Source: Podarcis vaucheri
Lineage: Eukaryota
DNA: 64,000 bases
Reading direction: 5' to 3' (one strand)
Assembly (NCBI GenBank): GCA_965113315.1
Contig: OZ220367.1
Below the pieces are notes generated by a model that worked only from the letters and a program-made list of their open reading frames with translations, ran no database searches and was not told the origin of the DNA. The translations under genes were made by a program, and so were the position numbers. This document shows positions 11,643 to 26,158 of this stretch, piece after piece (positions within the stretch are counted from its first letter, which is position 1; the number at the start of each line of letters is the position of its first letter).

Positions 11643-12958
11643 TATTTTGTTTCTTCTTATAATTGCGATTTGATTTACCATCCGCTTTTAGCCTTATTTT
11701 TCTTTACCATCTCTAATGCACAATTCAACCAACAGTGATATAAAGAGAACCATGAAATGGATCAGAATTTAATGGAACCACATTGCCCTTACACATTTTC
11801 CATGGTCAGAAGAAGTGCTCATCATTAGAGAGCTGGTGTGGTTAACTGACTAGAGAGTTGGACTCAGACCAGGAAGAACTGGGTTTAGATTGCATGAATC
11901 TCACTCATGGGCTGTGAGCATCTTTCAGCCTGAGATACTTCATAGGGTTGTTGAGAGATAAAATAACTACCATGAGTTCATTTGAAGGAAGGGTAGGATG
12001 GGAATGTGATAGATAAATTTACCACGGCAGGAAAATGGAGAAGAAATTGTCATGTAAGAATGCAGTTGAAATTTTGTGTCCAGATTTCAGTGTTCTGGTC
12101 AGAACTCTTCATATACTGTTCTCAACAACAACTTTCAATATAAAATCAGTTAAGGGTGAAATCGACCACATTCTTCAAAGCAGATATTGAAGTAGCCATT
12201 GCTTTGAGTAATAGGCATACAACCAACTCTTAAGTTGTTCCCATTTCAATCTAAAATTGAACAATTCTAATTACACTGGGGATTTGGAAATCTAATTTTG
12301 GGGTTACATCCAGCCTCATATAACCAACATGCTTAAGGCTAATTAATGCATGAAGGGGTTAAGACCATAAAGTAAGCTGTCCTGCCAGGCTTAGCTAGGT
12401 CAGTCCACCTCAACTTGGGAGGAAGGGTTATCCAGCCTTTGTTCTACCCATTCCATCATCTGAACCCTACCAATAAGGAGGTCTAAGCTGGATGCTCCAT
12501 CTTTGTGTTTCTATACAAATAATTTAGAAACATTTACCATTTTGGAACCTAAGCTTTACTGCCTGTCTTTTATTGCTGCTGAATGGGAAAGCACATGACT
12601 CTGACCATTGAAGAGTTTGTAAATAAACAATTTTTAACTTACCAAACGTATGGTCTTTTTCTATGCTAAGGGAAGTGGGAACTTCAAAAGCAGCTTAGAA
12701 TTGGATATTTTAAAGGTATAACAGTCTGTATTTCCAAGCTTTACTTCGCTACATGTTTCGTGTTTTTAAATAACTGCTGGGGTTCTCTCACCAAAGAGTT
12801 CTTGCCCTGAACCTGGATCTAGGCATCCAGGGAATTCTCCTTTTTTATTTTACCATATCTATTTTTCCTTTAGCCAAATCAAACCAACAGATTTTGACTT
12901 GGTGGGAGGAAATGTCTTAAGCATTACTTTATTGGTCTGGTAGTCTTAAATCACTGTA

Positions 12959-13295
12959 CAGTGGTGCCCAGCAAGACGAATGCCTCGCAAGACGGAAAAC
13001 TTGCTAGACGAAAGAGTTTTCCGTTTTGGAGGTGCTTCGCAAAACGAATTTCCTATGGGCTTGCTTCGCAAGACGACAATGTCTTGCGAGTTCCTGCTGG
13101 TTTTTATTTCTCCCCCCCCCTTTTTTCTAAGCCACTAAGCCGCTTATCAGCTGATCCGATCAGCAGATAAGCCGCTAAAAGCCGCTAATAGCGCTAATCC
13201 GCTAATCCGTCAATGGGCTTGCTTCGCAAGACGAAAAAACCGCTAGACGAAGAGAATCACAGAACGGATTCTTTTCGTCTTGCGGGGCACCACTG
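12959..13295. mobile_element. Tigger-type MITE sharing termini with the element at 60471-62638
   Basis: TA-CAGTGGTGCCCAGCAAGACGAA...TTCGTCTTGCGGGGCACCACTG-TA. The first ~120 bp closely match 60471-60600. Confidence 0.88.
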
Positions 13296-13730
13296 TATTG
13301 GTCCGGCAGTCTTGAGGAGTATTCAGTGAGTCAGACATAATCCATTCAGGGCCAAACTAGACATCATAAACAGATGCATGTAACATTCCCCACAACCTTT
13401 TAATAAATAAAAATAAATTAAAGACCAACCTCAACGTACTGAGGCTGGACACAGAGGAATGACAAGAGGAGAGGATCCTTAACCTTCTCTCTGCCTGCCT
13501 GCCTGCCAGCTAGCCAGCCAGCCATTTTTTGCCTCTCAAAATCTTCCCCAAGGTGCTTCCTCACCAGGCCCAGTGCTAGCACTCAGCATACAGGAGCAAT
13601 CCACATTTTCCTAGAACACATCTCAATAGAAACAGGGACCAGCCAGTCTGTATTTACCAATATGAAAAGTTGTATTGTGAAATCATCATACAGTTGCCTA
13701 GTTTAGGATAGATTTGGATGCACACTTACT

Positions 13731-13804
13731 AGCCGCCCTGAGCCCGGACTTGGCTGGGGAGGGTGGGGTATAAATAAAAATTTATTATTATTATTATTAT
13801 TATT
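13731..13804 (+). mobile_element. L2-type 3' terminal fragment with (TTA)n tail
   Basis: Reverse complement of the 3' end at 6462-6545. Confidence 0.6.
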
Positions 13805-15714
13805 AGAGTCATGCTTTCTTTCTATATGAGCATACCTGCATGGATTTGTGCATACTGCCTGTCGCCAATAATACTACACCACAAAATACATTGAGGATCA
13901 TTTTGGGTCACATGTTTTGGGTGCCCAGTAACACATACTGATGCTCATGCATATCCAAGCCAATGCATATCATGGCATAATGTAGCACAAATAAGAGAAC
14001 AGCAGCTTATGTGTGATAAGTGCTGTTCTATTCATGGATGGGTAAGAGCTGCAGGCCAGGCTTGAAAAATCCTCTCCATCAGCAAGAGATTGAAAAAACT
14101 AAGGGCTGGGGAAAGATACAGAGAGAGGTTGAGAAAGGGCAGTTCAATCTTACCAATGAAATTTGCCTGTCATCGAACCCTTCAGGCTATTGCAAAAAAG
14201 AAAGAGGAACCTCTCAAAGGACCAACTGTACCACCTCAGGACTTCCCTCCAGATGCCTTCAAAGAAACAATGGCAACTTCCTCCAGAGTTGTATAATCCT
14301 TGCTGCATCTCTTATCAACCACAAACAAGAAGTGACACTGTTGTCAGTCTTCAAGTGTGCTAAGACTACCCATTTGGCCACCACCACTGAGCTAGTGGCA
14401 TGTTAGGATGGGTAAAAACCTGTCCCTGCCACACGCATTTGGATCCCATATTAAGCACATAGGTGATGCAATGAAGTACTTGGTGGTTCCCATATATCCT
14501 CAAGAGCTGAAGTCAACTATACCACATGGGCAAAATAAAGCCATGTTCAAAAAATCCTTCAAAATAAAGTGAAAGGACTAAGTAGTCTAAATGAGAGGCA
14601 CAGATAGGATAACTATTTTCCCCCTCTAGACAACCAAAACATTAAGTATCCCTTTAATACAATGCATGGAAAACTTATTATTCCTAGATCCGGCTTCCTA
14701 TGCATAGTTTGGTTGGGCCCTGTATAATTATATGAGTGGAAACACGCTGTTAATAACACCAAAAATTATAAGGAGGTTAGGATAATATGCGTAATCACTG
14801 TGGGTTGCACCTTGTTAGATTCTGGAGAAGGAAAATGTTACATTCTCTTTTTTTAATAATAATAAAAAACCAAGGACACAGTCTTGTAGTAATAATGCAA
14901 AGGGAAGGTGAAAAATGAGGTAAGGCAGCTTTGGTTATGCATAACAAAGACCTTCATTTTCACAGCCATTATGAAAACAAGCTTTTCAAAGGTACTCGGG
15001 TGCCATACAGCAAGTCTCAATCGTATGTGCTTACTCTGTTATTAAATTTAGCCTCAGGGTCTCTGGTTATAAATGAGAGATCTTTATGGCTTCAGTTTGA
15101 TGTATTTAGCACTAGAGTCACTGTAGTAGAAACCAAACTGAAATGACAGCTTCCCCATAGAAACCCAGTAGCAGGACTGTGCCTGCTTTTGAGAGGTTGC
15201 CACAATATTTGGGGAGGGGGAATCAACAGACGCTGTAGAAATTCATTAGCAGGAGGATTGTCCTGTCAGTTCCTAAACAGCTACCAGGGCAATCCGGATA
15301 TTTTTTTACTAGAATTCCCATCATCCCTATTGGCCTTGGTAGCTGGGGCAGATGGGAGTTGTAGTCTAAAGAAGACAATACAGCTAAGATGGGGCAAATG
15401 CTTGTCCTAAAAATGCTGTACTGGTTACTCCAGAACACACAAATTATATGGCTGAAACAATGCTATTTTTCTAGGAAAAGAGGAGCTGAAACTCACCATG
15501 AACACCTCCTTTGTTCTCTTATATTGGCAATGGCGCCCACCTGGTTCCTACCACCAGAGGTGTCGTAATTGAGTTCTGGTGAATTCCAGATGGGAAAAAA
15601 GCCCTGGTAGCAAAAGGCTCAGGCTACCATTTGGCAAGCAAGGGAGAAGAACTTAGCAACCAAAAGCTTTGTATTCACATGCCAAAAGAAGTTCGTGGAG
15701 AAGTCTCAGTAATA

Positions 15715-15916
15715 CAGTAGAACCTCGATTTTCGAGCATCTCAGAAGCCAACTGATTCGGAACCTGAGCACCGAAAACCCAGATGTGAATGCTTCTGTTT
15801 TCAAACGCGCCTCGGACGTTGAATGGCTGACGGTCAATTGCACCTTAGTTGTTGAACGTTTCGGATTTCAAACAGTCTTCCAGAACGGATTATGTTCAAC
15901 AACCAAGGTTCCACTG
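15715..15916. mobile_element. Tigger-type MITE (older)
   Basis: TA-CAGTAGAACCTCG...CAAGGTTCCACTG-TA. Confidence 0.7.
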
Positions 15917-16148
15917 TATCAGATGCCCTAAATGAAAAGGCTGAGAGTGCATGCTTGAACCTTAAAGCGAGGTGGAAGGTCAATCCTGGGATTGCAGTTT
16001 CAGAAAATCAACCAAATGTGCTTTAAAGCTCCATACTGATCAAAATGATCTCAGTCTGGGTTAAAGGGGCTGCACTTAAATCACTCCACAAATTGCACTA
16101 CAACCCAGTGCAGTTGCCTAAAATTAAAACAACTTGCTTTGTCTAGCC

Positions 16149-16284
16149 CAGGCATAGGCAAACTCGGCCCTCCAGATGTTTTGGGACTACAACTCCCATC
16201 ATCCCTGACCACTGGTCCTGTTAGTGAGGGATGATGTGAGTTGTAGTCCCAAAACATCTGGAGGGCCGAGTTTGCCTATGTCTG
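16149..16284. mobile_element. hAT-type MITE (136 bp), same family as 3380-3515
   Basis: CAGGCATAGGCAAACTCGGCCCTCCAGATG... with inverted end; perfect 8-bp TSD GTCTAGCC. Confidence 0.9.
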
Positions 16285-19200
16285 GTCTAGCCTGTTGGAG
16301 AAGGTGTAAAGAACAGGGTGCTCGACAAAATTGCCTTTTGGCCTAAGCAAGTCATTCAGTACACCCCTGTAGTGTTGAAGATCATATCACAGGTTGTTGG
16401 GGATATGTTGTTTCAGCAGCCCATGGTGGCGTCTCCTTTAAATTCCATGAAAGATCAATGTGGCAGCACCAGCTCATACCAGGAGATACCTAGCAAGGAT
16501 ATAATGGGGAACCTCTCTGTTTATGAACAACAGTGAGACATCATTTGTTTAGTCTCCTGCAATTCCACCCCATCTCTGTATGGCCCACTTGTATATAATG
16601 AGACGCACCACTCCAACTCAACAGGCATGCTCAAACTGGGTTTCCACAAGTCCAAACATTAACACTGCATGCCACTGAGAATGTTCCCTACTGCAGCCAA
16701 GTAGGAAGCATGCCAGGTTTCATCGCAAGGGTGCATATTCACCTGTCATCAATTGCAAGGTTTGCACAAAACTTTCTGCTAATCCATTGGTGGGTGAGTG
16801 GGATGGTGCAGAGAGGTAAATGTGAATGCCATTTTGGTACATAAAGTGTTTAAATTCTTCTGAAGCAAACTGTGGGTCATTGTCATTGACGACTCTGCAA
16901 ATATCATATGAAGGGGACTCTTGACAAATTCAGATATATAGCAGAGTCTTTGTTTAATTTATTTTTCACAGCACATTAGTAGCTCTCTTGCGGCACACCG
17001 CTGTGCTCCTGCAGCACACAGTTTGGGAATTTTCTGACCTAGGTAGTAGGCTGCTTTTAGTATCCTGCCAAAAATAAGTCTGAATTTTTGAACAGATGTG
17101 GCATTGCCAGGAAGAGCTGAGTGGGTAGAGGGGCTTTTTATTTTCCTATATGAAAGGGTCAATGGTCACAACAATCATCCAAGCATTGTATTGTATCTGT
17201 AAAATAAATAGATTTCAATGCCATGTGTGGTAACAGGTTTTTTTCCATCAATATATAACAGGCTCTAGAAAAGGAACGGGGGGATCTTTGCTAAAACACA
17301 GAAAGTTTCAAGGTTATGTTTTCTTCCTGCAGCTTTGTTTTTCCTAAGATAACTGATGTGAATACAAGCAGTCAAGACAACTAAGGAAGAATTTAAAAAA
17401 ATAACAAACTGGATTGTGGGAAAGTACAAGACGGGATGGAAATGTCAAGATGCACTGTTTATTCAAACCAATGGTGACCTTCACTTCAAGGCTATTTCTT
17501 GGAGCTTCAAAGAAAAACACCATTGGAGGATTGCATACCTGCCAATTTTTTTAAAAATCCAAGATTTTGGGTTCTGGCCTGGGACTTTGAAGTCTCCACC
17601 TCTACCAGGACCTTCTAGCATGAAGCAGAAGTAAAGCCAAGAAAAGCATCCTATATATAACTTTTTTTTTTTTCTGGACCATTAACTGTGTGCTAAAAGT
17701 GGCCCTTTCCTCACATTCCAGTCACACATTCAGTCAATGCAGTGACAGGGACTGAGATTGCAACCACTGGCACTGCTCCCATACATTCAGCATAAAATGA
17801 GAATGGGCTGCATGAACAATCAACTAACTGAATAAGTGCAAGGTTTGTACTCATGAGATGAAACCTTTATATAAGATAGTGCCAACATGAAATCTGCCCC
17901 TCTCCACCACCACTTACAGCTTCCCAAAAGGTTTTACTACGCCACATCTTCTAAAGCAGGGTGCTTTGAGGGTGGTATAGCAAATGTCTAAGAAATCTGT
18001 AAGAAACTTCTTGTTGAAACATCTTCAGCAAACAGAAAGAATTTTTGCAACCCTAATCATGGCGCCTTGATTATTTCGGGGGAGGGAGTTGCTGCATGGG
18101 TGGGGAGAGTTGCCCGTGACTGTTCCTCTGGTTTGCAAATGTGCCCTCAGGTCCAAAAAGGTTGGCAACCCCTGCTTTAGTATTGTGTCCACTCACTGCG
18201 ATCTATGCGGCTTTTCATGTGACACCATTCCTTCTCTGCAGGGATGGAAGAATCCGTCATCCTCCCTTATACAATGCATTTTTGTACACCCATTTGTGTG
18301 TTCATTACATAACTGTGTTGCAAAATCTGAAGCAGCGCAAATTTTGCAGAATTTTTGTTTTGTTGCATATTGTTTTGGAAAGTGTGAATTAATACAAACT
18401 GAGTCAAATTTCTCACCCAAACCTATTTCTCTACCACATTTTCTGTGTTCTCAGACAGCCTCCTCACACCGACTTGAAGAAAGCAGCAAGGCTCTCTGCA
18501 TAAGTTCTTTCCTTTCCTTCCATCCACGTTTCCTGGGGACTAGGCCAAAAGAATGCCTGTGGTATATACAGTCCTGCATGGAGAGTCCAGTCACTCACTA
18601 CTAGACGATGTGACAAGGATTTCCCACCCCCAGGAAACACAGCAAGGAAGGAAGAATGGATATCCTTGCCACTTGCTCTCAGGAAACACAACACTTCGTT
18701 TAAACTGAAAAGGGGTGGAAGAACCCCCAGCTGCATCATATTGCATTATGGTATGCCACCCGCAGTCCCCCAAATCTCTGAGGAATTTGCTGTGGCTCCC
18801 AACTCAGCTTCAGGCATTTCACACACACTTCCCAACTGTAAGCTCTGCTGAGATAATCAGCACACAAACATCTTTAATGATTAGGCCATGTGGGGTACAA
18901 ATCCATAAGCAGAACTTGACATGTACTCACCCTAGTCCTCTAGGTAGAAGTAGGGAAAATGGGGAGAAGGGAGATCCAGTTTCTCCAAATGGAGTTCATA
19001 AGTAAACAAACTTCAGAAATAGAGCTTTTTACCTGCTGATAATCCATCTGCAACACCTGGGTGCATGCCTATTGTTTTAATCAGGCTTTGCAGAGATTAG
19101 AGTTGAAAGCATAGTATTCAAAAGTGTGTTACACTCCTCTTGCCCTCTTTTCATCTTATCTCTTTTCCATCTCCATAATTTTATCTTGCTAACCAATTTC

Positions 19201-20095
19201 TCTTCCCCCACCTTGTCCCCTGCTTTTATTTTAATTAAATTCTTCCTAAGACTTGTAGCTTAACCAAGATTTATATTAAGGAGACAGCCTGCTCAACAGG
19301 CAGGTTTCTTCGCCCTTAGCTTTCAGAGTCACATTTATCATTCAATTTTTGACCATCTGTGCATGTTCTTTTTCTACTGTGGGTTTGGGGTTGTTTTTTT
19401 ACTTAAAATAACAGAGAAGCAAAGGGCGAAAACAACAAAAGCACAAGAAATTAAACTTAAGGCTTGTGAAACAGATTGGGAAAAGGCATGGTACAGTAGG
19501 GCATAAATTCACCTACATAAACAAGCTTTTGCCGTAACTTCGCCTAAGGAAAGCACCAAATTAAATGCCCTTTCCAGAGTTAGCACATAGGGGTCAGGGG
19601 AGTAGGGATCACTGCCCTGTAATATATGGGTTCAGTTGAATGTCTGAATATACATTGGTCCATGACAGGCCCTACTACCATGTTCTCACCTCTACACACT
19701 CTGTGTGCTTTTTCTTTGCAAGTGTGGTACAATCTGGAAAAGACATACAGTAATTGCATGCAGCTCTCTAAGAGAGAATATTCAGCACAAAGCCGACATC
19801 CTCATGGATCCTTGGGGAAGCTTAAGCTGCTCCAAGTTTGTACATGCAAATGTACCAACAAAAAATAGTTGGATTTATCAGGGGGCGCTACCAATTCACT
19901 TTGTATGAAGAAATTTTGTTAGTAGTTATTCCTGCTTTGTAGAGTTTCCTGTTAACTTGTTCTACAAGTTTAGGGTGGGTAGCACAATTTATACAGACTT
20001 TATTTCATGCCAACTTGTGAAATCCTTTGGGCTCACCAGGTGATCTTCAAAACTGAGCTGAGAATTGAACCCAAGTCTCATCACCAAACCCAACT

Positions 20096-20437
20096 CAGTG
20101 CCGGATTTATGTATAAGCTAAACAAACTATAGCTTAGAGCCCCACTGTCTTGGGGGCCCAAAAAAAATTTAAAGGAAAAAAAACTGGATGTACATTTCCA
20201 AAATATTAGATAAAAAACAAATAAAATAAAACCTACATACAGCAACAGTGTATTGTGTTGTGTAGGTTCCTATTTGTTATGTGCAACTGACTTTAAATAC
20301 CTATTAGGTCCATAAATATATATATATTCAAAACAAAAAAACAGCGACAATTTGTTGTTGACAATGACAGCTGGACATATAAAGGGCCACATTACCTTCA
20401 ATAGCTTAGGGCCTCAACAAACATAAATCCGGCCCTG
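20096..20437. mobile_element. non-autonomous DNA transposon, hAT(Tip100)-like
   Basis: TIRs CAGTGCCGGATTTAT...ATAAATCCGGCCCTG and subterminal TAGCTTAG repeats. TSD is not clean. Confidence 0.65.
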
Positions 20438-22966
20438 TTTCTACTCCCGGCACAGTTACAACAAAATTTTTTTTAAAAAAATATAAAAACTTTTAAAAGG
20501 TGAGCTATAAAAGCAAATTGCTTGTTAGTAAACCAAAGGTTAGATGAGCTATTAGTAGGACAATTGTATCAGTTTCGGGGTTGCTTTTCAGAATAACCTG
20601 AAGCATAGTTGGTATTAAGGACTAGGAGATGCTGCAGCAGCAATTATCTACCTATAGGATCAATATGAGAGAAATATGGGGGATAAAATGGTTTCAGTTT
20701 GCATTTTAATATGGCCCTAGCCTAGTTTGCATGTCGCAAACCAGTACACAAACTGAAATGCAGCTGCTCTTCAAAATCTGCACTTTTTCCAACCATCTAA
20801 ACTCTTGTGAACACAATGCTGGATAGTAGGTGTAGAACACTCACCTTTTTTTGTATCTATCCTTTCTCCACTGGAAAAGGAAAATCTGAGCCTCCGTATC
20901 TGGAAAAACATATGGTGACATTTTCCCATCACTATAGCAAAGCATAGGCTCTTCTTAAAACCCTTCCCTTCAGAATCCTAAGATCCCACAGTGTTCTGTG
21001 TCTGGAACAGCTGAAGAGACAAGTTACCTCAGCATCATATGCGGCCTGGGGCCTAATATGTTACATCTGAAACACGGCTGCGTGAAACCTGGATGGGCCT
21101 AACCTCAAGAAGATTCTGGGCCTCTTCTCTCTATTGTTGTTTTCTCTTTTTTTCTGTTATTGTTCAAATGGAAGTCTCTAGTCCTTTTACTTGCTGATTT
21201 ATAAGAGGAAGTGTGCAGGCAGTTTTCTACTCAGTTGTTCAATAAGAAGCAAACTTGCTAATGTTTAGCCTGCCAGTTCTCTCCACTCTTGAATTCAGTT
21301 TAACTGGAAGGCGCTTGTATTAAACATGTGTTTATATGTGTAGCTACGCCTCAGGGACTTGCTCAAACCTCAAGCAGACAACAACACACACACACACCAC
21401 TCATTGTTATTGTCCAGTAATAACATCGCCTCTCCTAACCTGTTACACCTGCACACCTCAAGTTACAGATTCCTGGCAAACTTCCGATACTTCTGGGGAG
21501 AAAGTGTTGGGCTCCCAGAAGCACTGTAGATTTTCAAGAGCTGTGGGGTCTTTTCCCCTCTTGAACTGTGTTGTTTTCCTTTCTTTCTAACTTCCCTGAA
21601 AAGATACATCTGGAAAGGTACAGGCCTCCAACCAGCACTTGGAGGCAACATATCTGCCCCATGCTTTGGTCTTCTCTTTGCACACTCTCTCTGGTGGTCA
21701 GCAGAATGCACGGCACTAAGAGTTGTCAAGCAGCGAAGCTAATGCTGCTTTTTGGTTTCGACTCACAAGATAACAGAGAAATGGCTGAAGTAGAGGAATT
21801 GGTATGGCTGTTGTTTTTTAAATTCATGGAAAGAAACCAATCTGTAATGAAAAGAAAGCTGCGGTATTTAGTAAGTGTTAGATGAGCTCTTGTGTACTTC
21901 ATTGCCATTTTACCTCTTGTGTGGCCTCTGCAGTTCTCATTTTTGACTTTATAGAGAAAATGCTCTGTGCAAGCAAATTCCGCCCTTTGCGGCTGGTTCT
22001 GTCGCCATTTGAGCACAACACGCAGAATAGGTTAAATCAAAGTTCTATACAATAGCAAGGCAATCAATAATAGTGTTTGAAAGCTTAAACTCTAAATTTT
22101 ATTCAGCAGTACAGCCCTGGTGTTATCCAGTTTGTGAGATGAGAGAATGCCGTATAAATAACAGTATATAGCCCTGAAAAGTCCACAGTAAACACATAAT
22201 AGAATTTGCTTTCAGTGTTCTGCCACCATTCATAAATCACTCTGGCCAAACTCCCGCCGTTTATGGCAGGACTCATATCCCTAAAGTGAATTACGGTCTC
22301 ATCTCCAGTATGCAACCAGCTATTGTCCCAAATATAACAGAGGTGAAAAGCAACATTGGAGGGGTGCTGTGTATGCACATGTGTTCAGAAGACATTCAGC
22401 GGATCACTAGGATAGAGGCTTGAAGGAATATTGCTGTGTGTTGGCAAGAGTCTCAATCTAATGAAGAGACAGTGAAATAATGTCTTAAATCTACAAGAGT
22501 TATGACGAGCAACAAGCATGTTCTGCTTGTTTCACAGTTTTCAATGTTCATTTTATCCTGGAGCATGGCTCAGGAAAACAGAAGAAAAATAGTTTGACTT
22601 CTTGTTAAACTAGAGAATATTCTTTTTTGAATTCACAAATCTACATCTATTGGGCAAGAACACAGCTTAAGAATGGTTTTATGTTTTTAAAATACTTTTA
22701 CCTTGTCTGGTCAAATTTACTTCATTTACTAAGGCCATGGCTAACAGTAAGCCGGGCACTGTATTATGAATCTGGTAATTTTGGAAACAATCCAGGTTTC
22801 TTAGCGTTTAGACATATACAACTCCCTTGTGAGAGTTCTGTCTGCACCTATTCTACATATTCTGCCTTTAACCACCTCTTCACCTCTCCTGATTATAATT
22901 TGAGAACTCTTAACAGTTGTAAATGTGGTTCTCTTGTGCTAGGTGTGAAGTACTGGCTTTACTGTA

Positions 22967-23208
22967 CAGTGGTACCTCGGGTTACATACGCTTCAGGTTA
23001 CATATGCTTCAGGTTACAGACTCCACTAACCCAGAAATAGTACCTCAGGTTAAGAACTTTGCTTCAGGAACAGAACAGAAATCGTGCTCCGGCGGCGTGG
23101 CAGCAGCAGGAGGCCCCATTAGCTAAAGTGGTGCTTCAGGTTAAGAACAGTTTCAGGTTAAGAATGGACCTCCGGAACGAATTAAGTACTTAACCCGAGG
23201 TACCACTG
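22967..23208. mobile_element. Tigger/pogo-type MITE
   Basis: TA-CAGTGGTACCTCGGGTTA...TAACCCGAGGTACCACTG-TA. Confidence 0.9.
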
Positions 23209-24929
23209 TATATTCAAGTCAAAGGTTTCACTACTATTTTTATGTCATACACAGACAACTGGTGCAGCCCTGTAGCTAACTGTGATTTCCCCCCTTCTCC
23301 GTTGATGTCCATCCTAGTGCACAGCACATAAGGTGTTCAAACTATATGAGAAAGGGAATAGTTGGATCTGTAATGAAAAGGAAGGTGGTTTTATGTGGTG
23401 GGATTGTGTAACAGCAGTAACATTTTGGAAGTTGGCAATGACTTTGCATAAATATTCCAAATAAATGGGCCACTTGAGATTGTCTCTTCTACCCAACTAT
23501 TAAAGATGCAGGAATTCTGTCCTCTTTTACATCTGTCCACCTTAGCCAGCACAGCCATTTATTGAATTAGGTGATAATAGGGCTGTCCTACACCTGGATT
23601 TTCCCAGACATTACTGGGATTTCAAAGGTGGGATTTCAAGGGGGGGGGGTCCGAAAGGCCGCGCTTTGTCCTGCATCTTTGGCAAGTCAATTTAAAAAAA
23701 AAAATGTGTTCTTTCATTTTCAACAATTTCATTAGTTTCCTTTAAAAAAAGTTCAACAACTTTCGTAGTGTCCTGGTTTTTACGTTTTGAAATATGGCAA
23801 CCCTAGAATGTATGCACACTTTCCTGGGAATAAGCCCTACTGAATTCAGCCTCAATCTGGGGTGCACCAAACCTTGCACCACCCCAGGACATCAGCCACT
23901 TCTTTCCACTGTTGGGAAGAAAACGTAATAAGCGTGTCATTGCTTGTATTCAGACCACGTTTGCTGCAGCCAAGGCACAGTATGATAACAAGTGGGGCCA
24001 GAAAGAAAGGTGCAGGCTATGGGTCCTTTGGAGAATGGGTAGCCTTGCTGCCAGTCAGTTTAGGCCAGCTGCCGTTTTTGAACAATTGCTCTTTCCAAAT
24101 GAATAGCATCCTTTGAGTTTGTAAAATCCTCCACAGCTTATCTTTTCCTCCAGGGCATTCTTCTCTAAGAAAAGAAAGAACAAATGTCAGAACAGAGTTT
24201 TAATGGGAAGAACTCAGACAGGTAACTTGAAAAATAACCCACTGTGGTGTATTTAGTATTATATGAGTTTTCCAGCTACAGTTGTCCAAACCATCCTGTT
24301 TACTCCAATTTAACCCATCTCTGAGCCTTTCTGAAACAGGCTTTATCTTTACTGCCAACACTTTTGTAGGAGTAATGCGAGAGCCTGGCTTCTGACCCCT
24401 CCCGTGTCATCTCTTCCTTGGTCAAGATTTAGAATGCCAACTCTTTGGAGCTGTTGACTTATGTTACTCGCTAAATCACCATGTTCAGTGATGGCACTAC
24501 ACAAATAAAAACAGTTAATACAATCCCATCCCTAACACAGCAGATGAGACAGGAAAGGACAACTTCTTGAATAATCTCCTCAGGTCAGTTGTCATCCTGC
24601 TGTTCTTATTCAGTACTTTCTTTTTTAAAAAAAAGTCTGGATGTGTGCTTCAGTACAGGTTTCACACAGTGAAATACCTTACAGCCTCATGCAGCTGCTT
24701 TAAAATATTTCTTTTTAAGTGTGGTTTCAGATCTCCTGCAGTCCTTGTATTTTGTATTTTGCACTTTCCACCATATATTTAACCTATTTGTGGTCTCTGA
24801 TGAGTTCTGATCATTGAGAACTTTGTTGGCCTGAGAGATTTTACTACCTGAAGCAGAGGCCCAATGGGACCTATCCCTTTGTCTCACTGAGATCACAGCT
24901 GATTATACTTTGATAGATAGGGACTCTGA

Positions 24930-25060
24930 GAAAATCTCAACTAAAGCATCCATGGCAGATGGCCACCCATCTCATCTTAAAAACATCCAGTGAAGGAGAG
25001 TCCACCACCTTCCGAGGGAGTCTGTTCCACTGACAAACAACTCTTACCATCAGAAAGGTC
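24930..25060 (-). mobile_element. CR1 LINE fragment
   Basis: CTAAAGCATCCATGGCAGATGGCCA...TTAAAAACATCCAGTGAAGGAGAGTCCACCACC; same family at 52010-52110 and 56320-56395. Confidence 0.6.
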
Positions 25061-26158
25061 CACTGTCACCTGGTTTTTGCTGCTTCTCTATCTTAAGCCA
25101 CTCAAAGAGTGTTGCTGTTCTTCTCTCAATTTCAGCTCTGGCGTACCTCACTCACAAGCCCTCCTCTAGGAAACACAGATCTCAGCTTCTGACACCAGTG
25201 TTGAACGCCACCCACAATCTCTGAGCAGTACAAGATTCCAGGGGGGTTCCAGACGTGCTTACCCAGAGTCTGTGTTTCCTTTTGGGAATCAGGCACAGCA
25301 GAGACTGTAGTGTCTTTATGACAGATGGTTTACTTGCACATATATACAACCTGCACCCACCATGGAGGGATTCACAGCAACAACACTCCAAGAAGGCCTT
25401 GCTTCTCCCACAGCTGCAGCTTTGAGTTCAAGAAAACACAGAGATCAGCCATTGTGCTCAGACCCTCTCTCCAGCATGCTGGCTGCTGTATTATTCCTGC
25501 CTTCGTCTATCCCACCCCCAGAGTGCCACCTGAAGCAGGCATTTTCTTCACACTGCTGTATGACAGGATTGACTCTAGACAAGAAAGATCTGGATAACTA
25601 CTGGCTTTTGGAGAGCAGCCATTACTTCATCACCCTAGTAAGCCTTGCTGCAACCTGAAATGTTTTTGGCACTAGGCACAGCTGAACCTAATGTTAGTCT
25701 GCATAACATTTCCACCAACTGCTTCCATTTTAAGGCTACTACAAACTGTGAGCTTGAGCTCTCCCTCATACCAAGCAACGTTTTTTCCCTCTCTCCTGTC
25801 AACAATAGCATTGACGCAGAGAATATAAAATCCTAATAACCCCTTTTTTACTTCCCACTGACCTGTATCAAATTGTTCAGGGCCTTTCAAATCACCCCAG
25901 AAATCTATTTTTGCTTGCCAGCAGCTTGTCTCAGAAAAACTCCCCCACAGTTTTGCTCAGAAGATGGAACCCACTGGGCAGATGGAGCTGCAATATATTT
26001 CCCCTCCTTCTTTCTTGGAAGATTTTTATTTTGCATTAGTGTTACATTTGCAGATAATCTGTGTTGTGCATTATAGAACAGGATTGTTGTTTTTCCAAGA
26101 TTGTATTTAGCATTTCTGCCAACCTAAGAAACATATGTAAAAAAACAACAACCAAGTA

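Noticed and set aside
19875-19890. CTCF-like CAGGGGGCGC
   Set aside because: The 5' half (TTAT) departs from the CCAC/CCAG consensus; a single motif is not supportable without ChIP data.
25325-25660. ORFs with faint resemblance to the L2/CR1 RT N-terminal motif (LKQA..LD..L.NY)
   Set aside because: Too weak; no continuing RT motifs or splice context.
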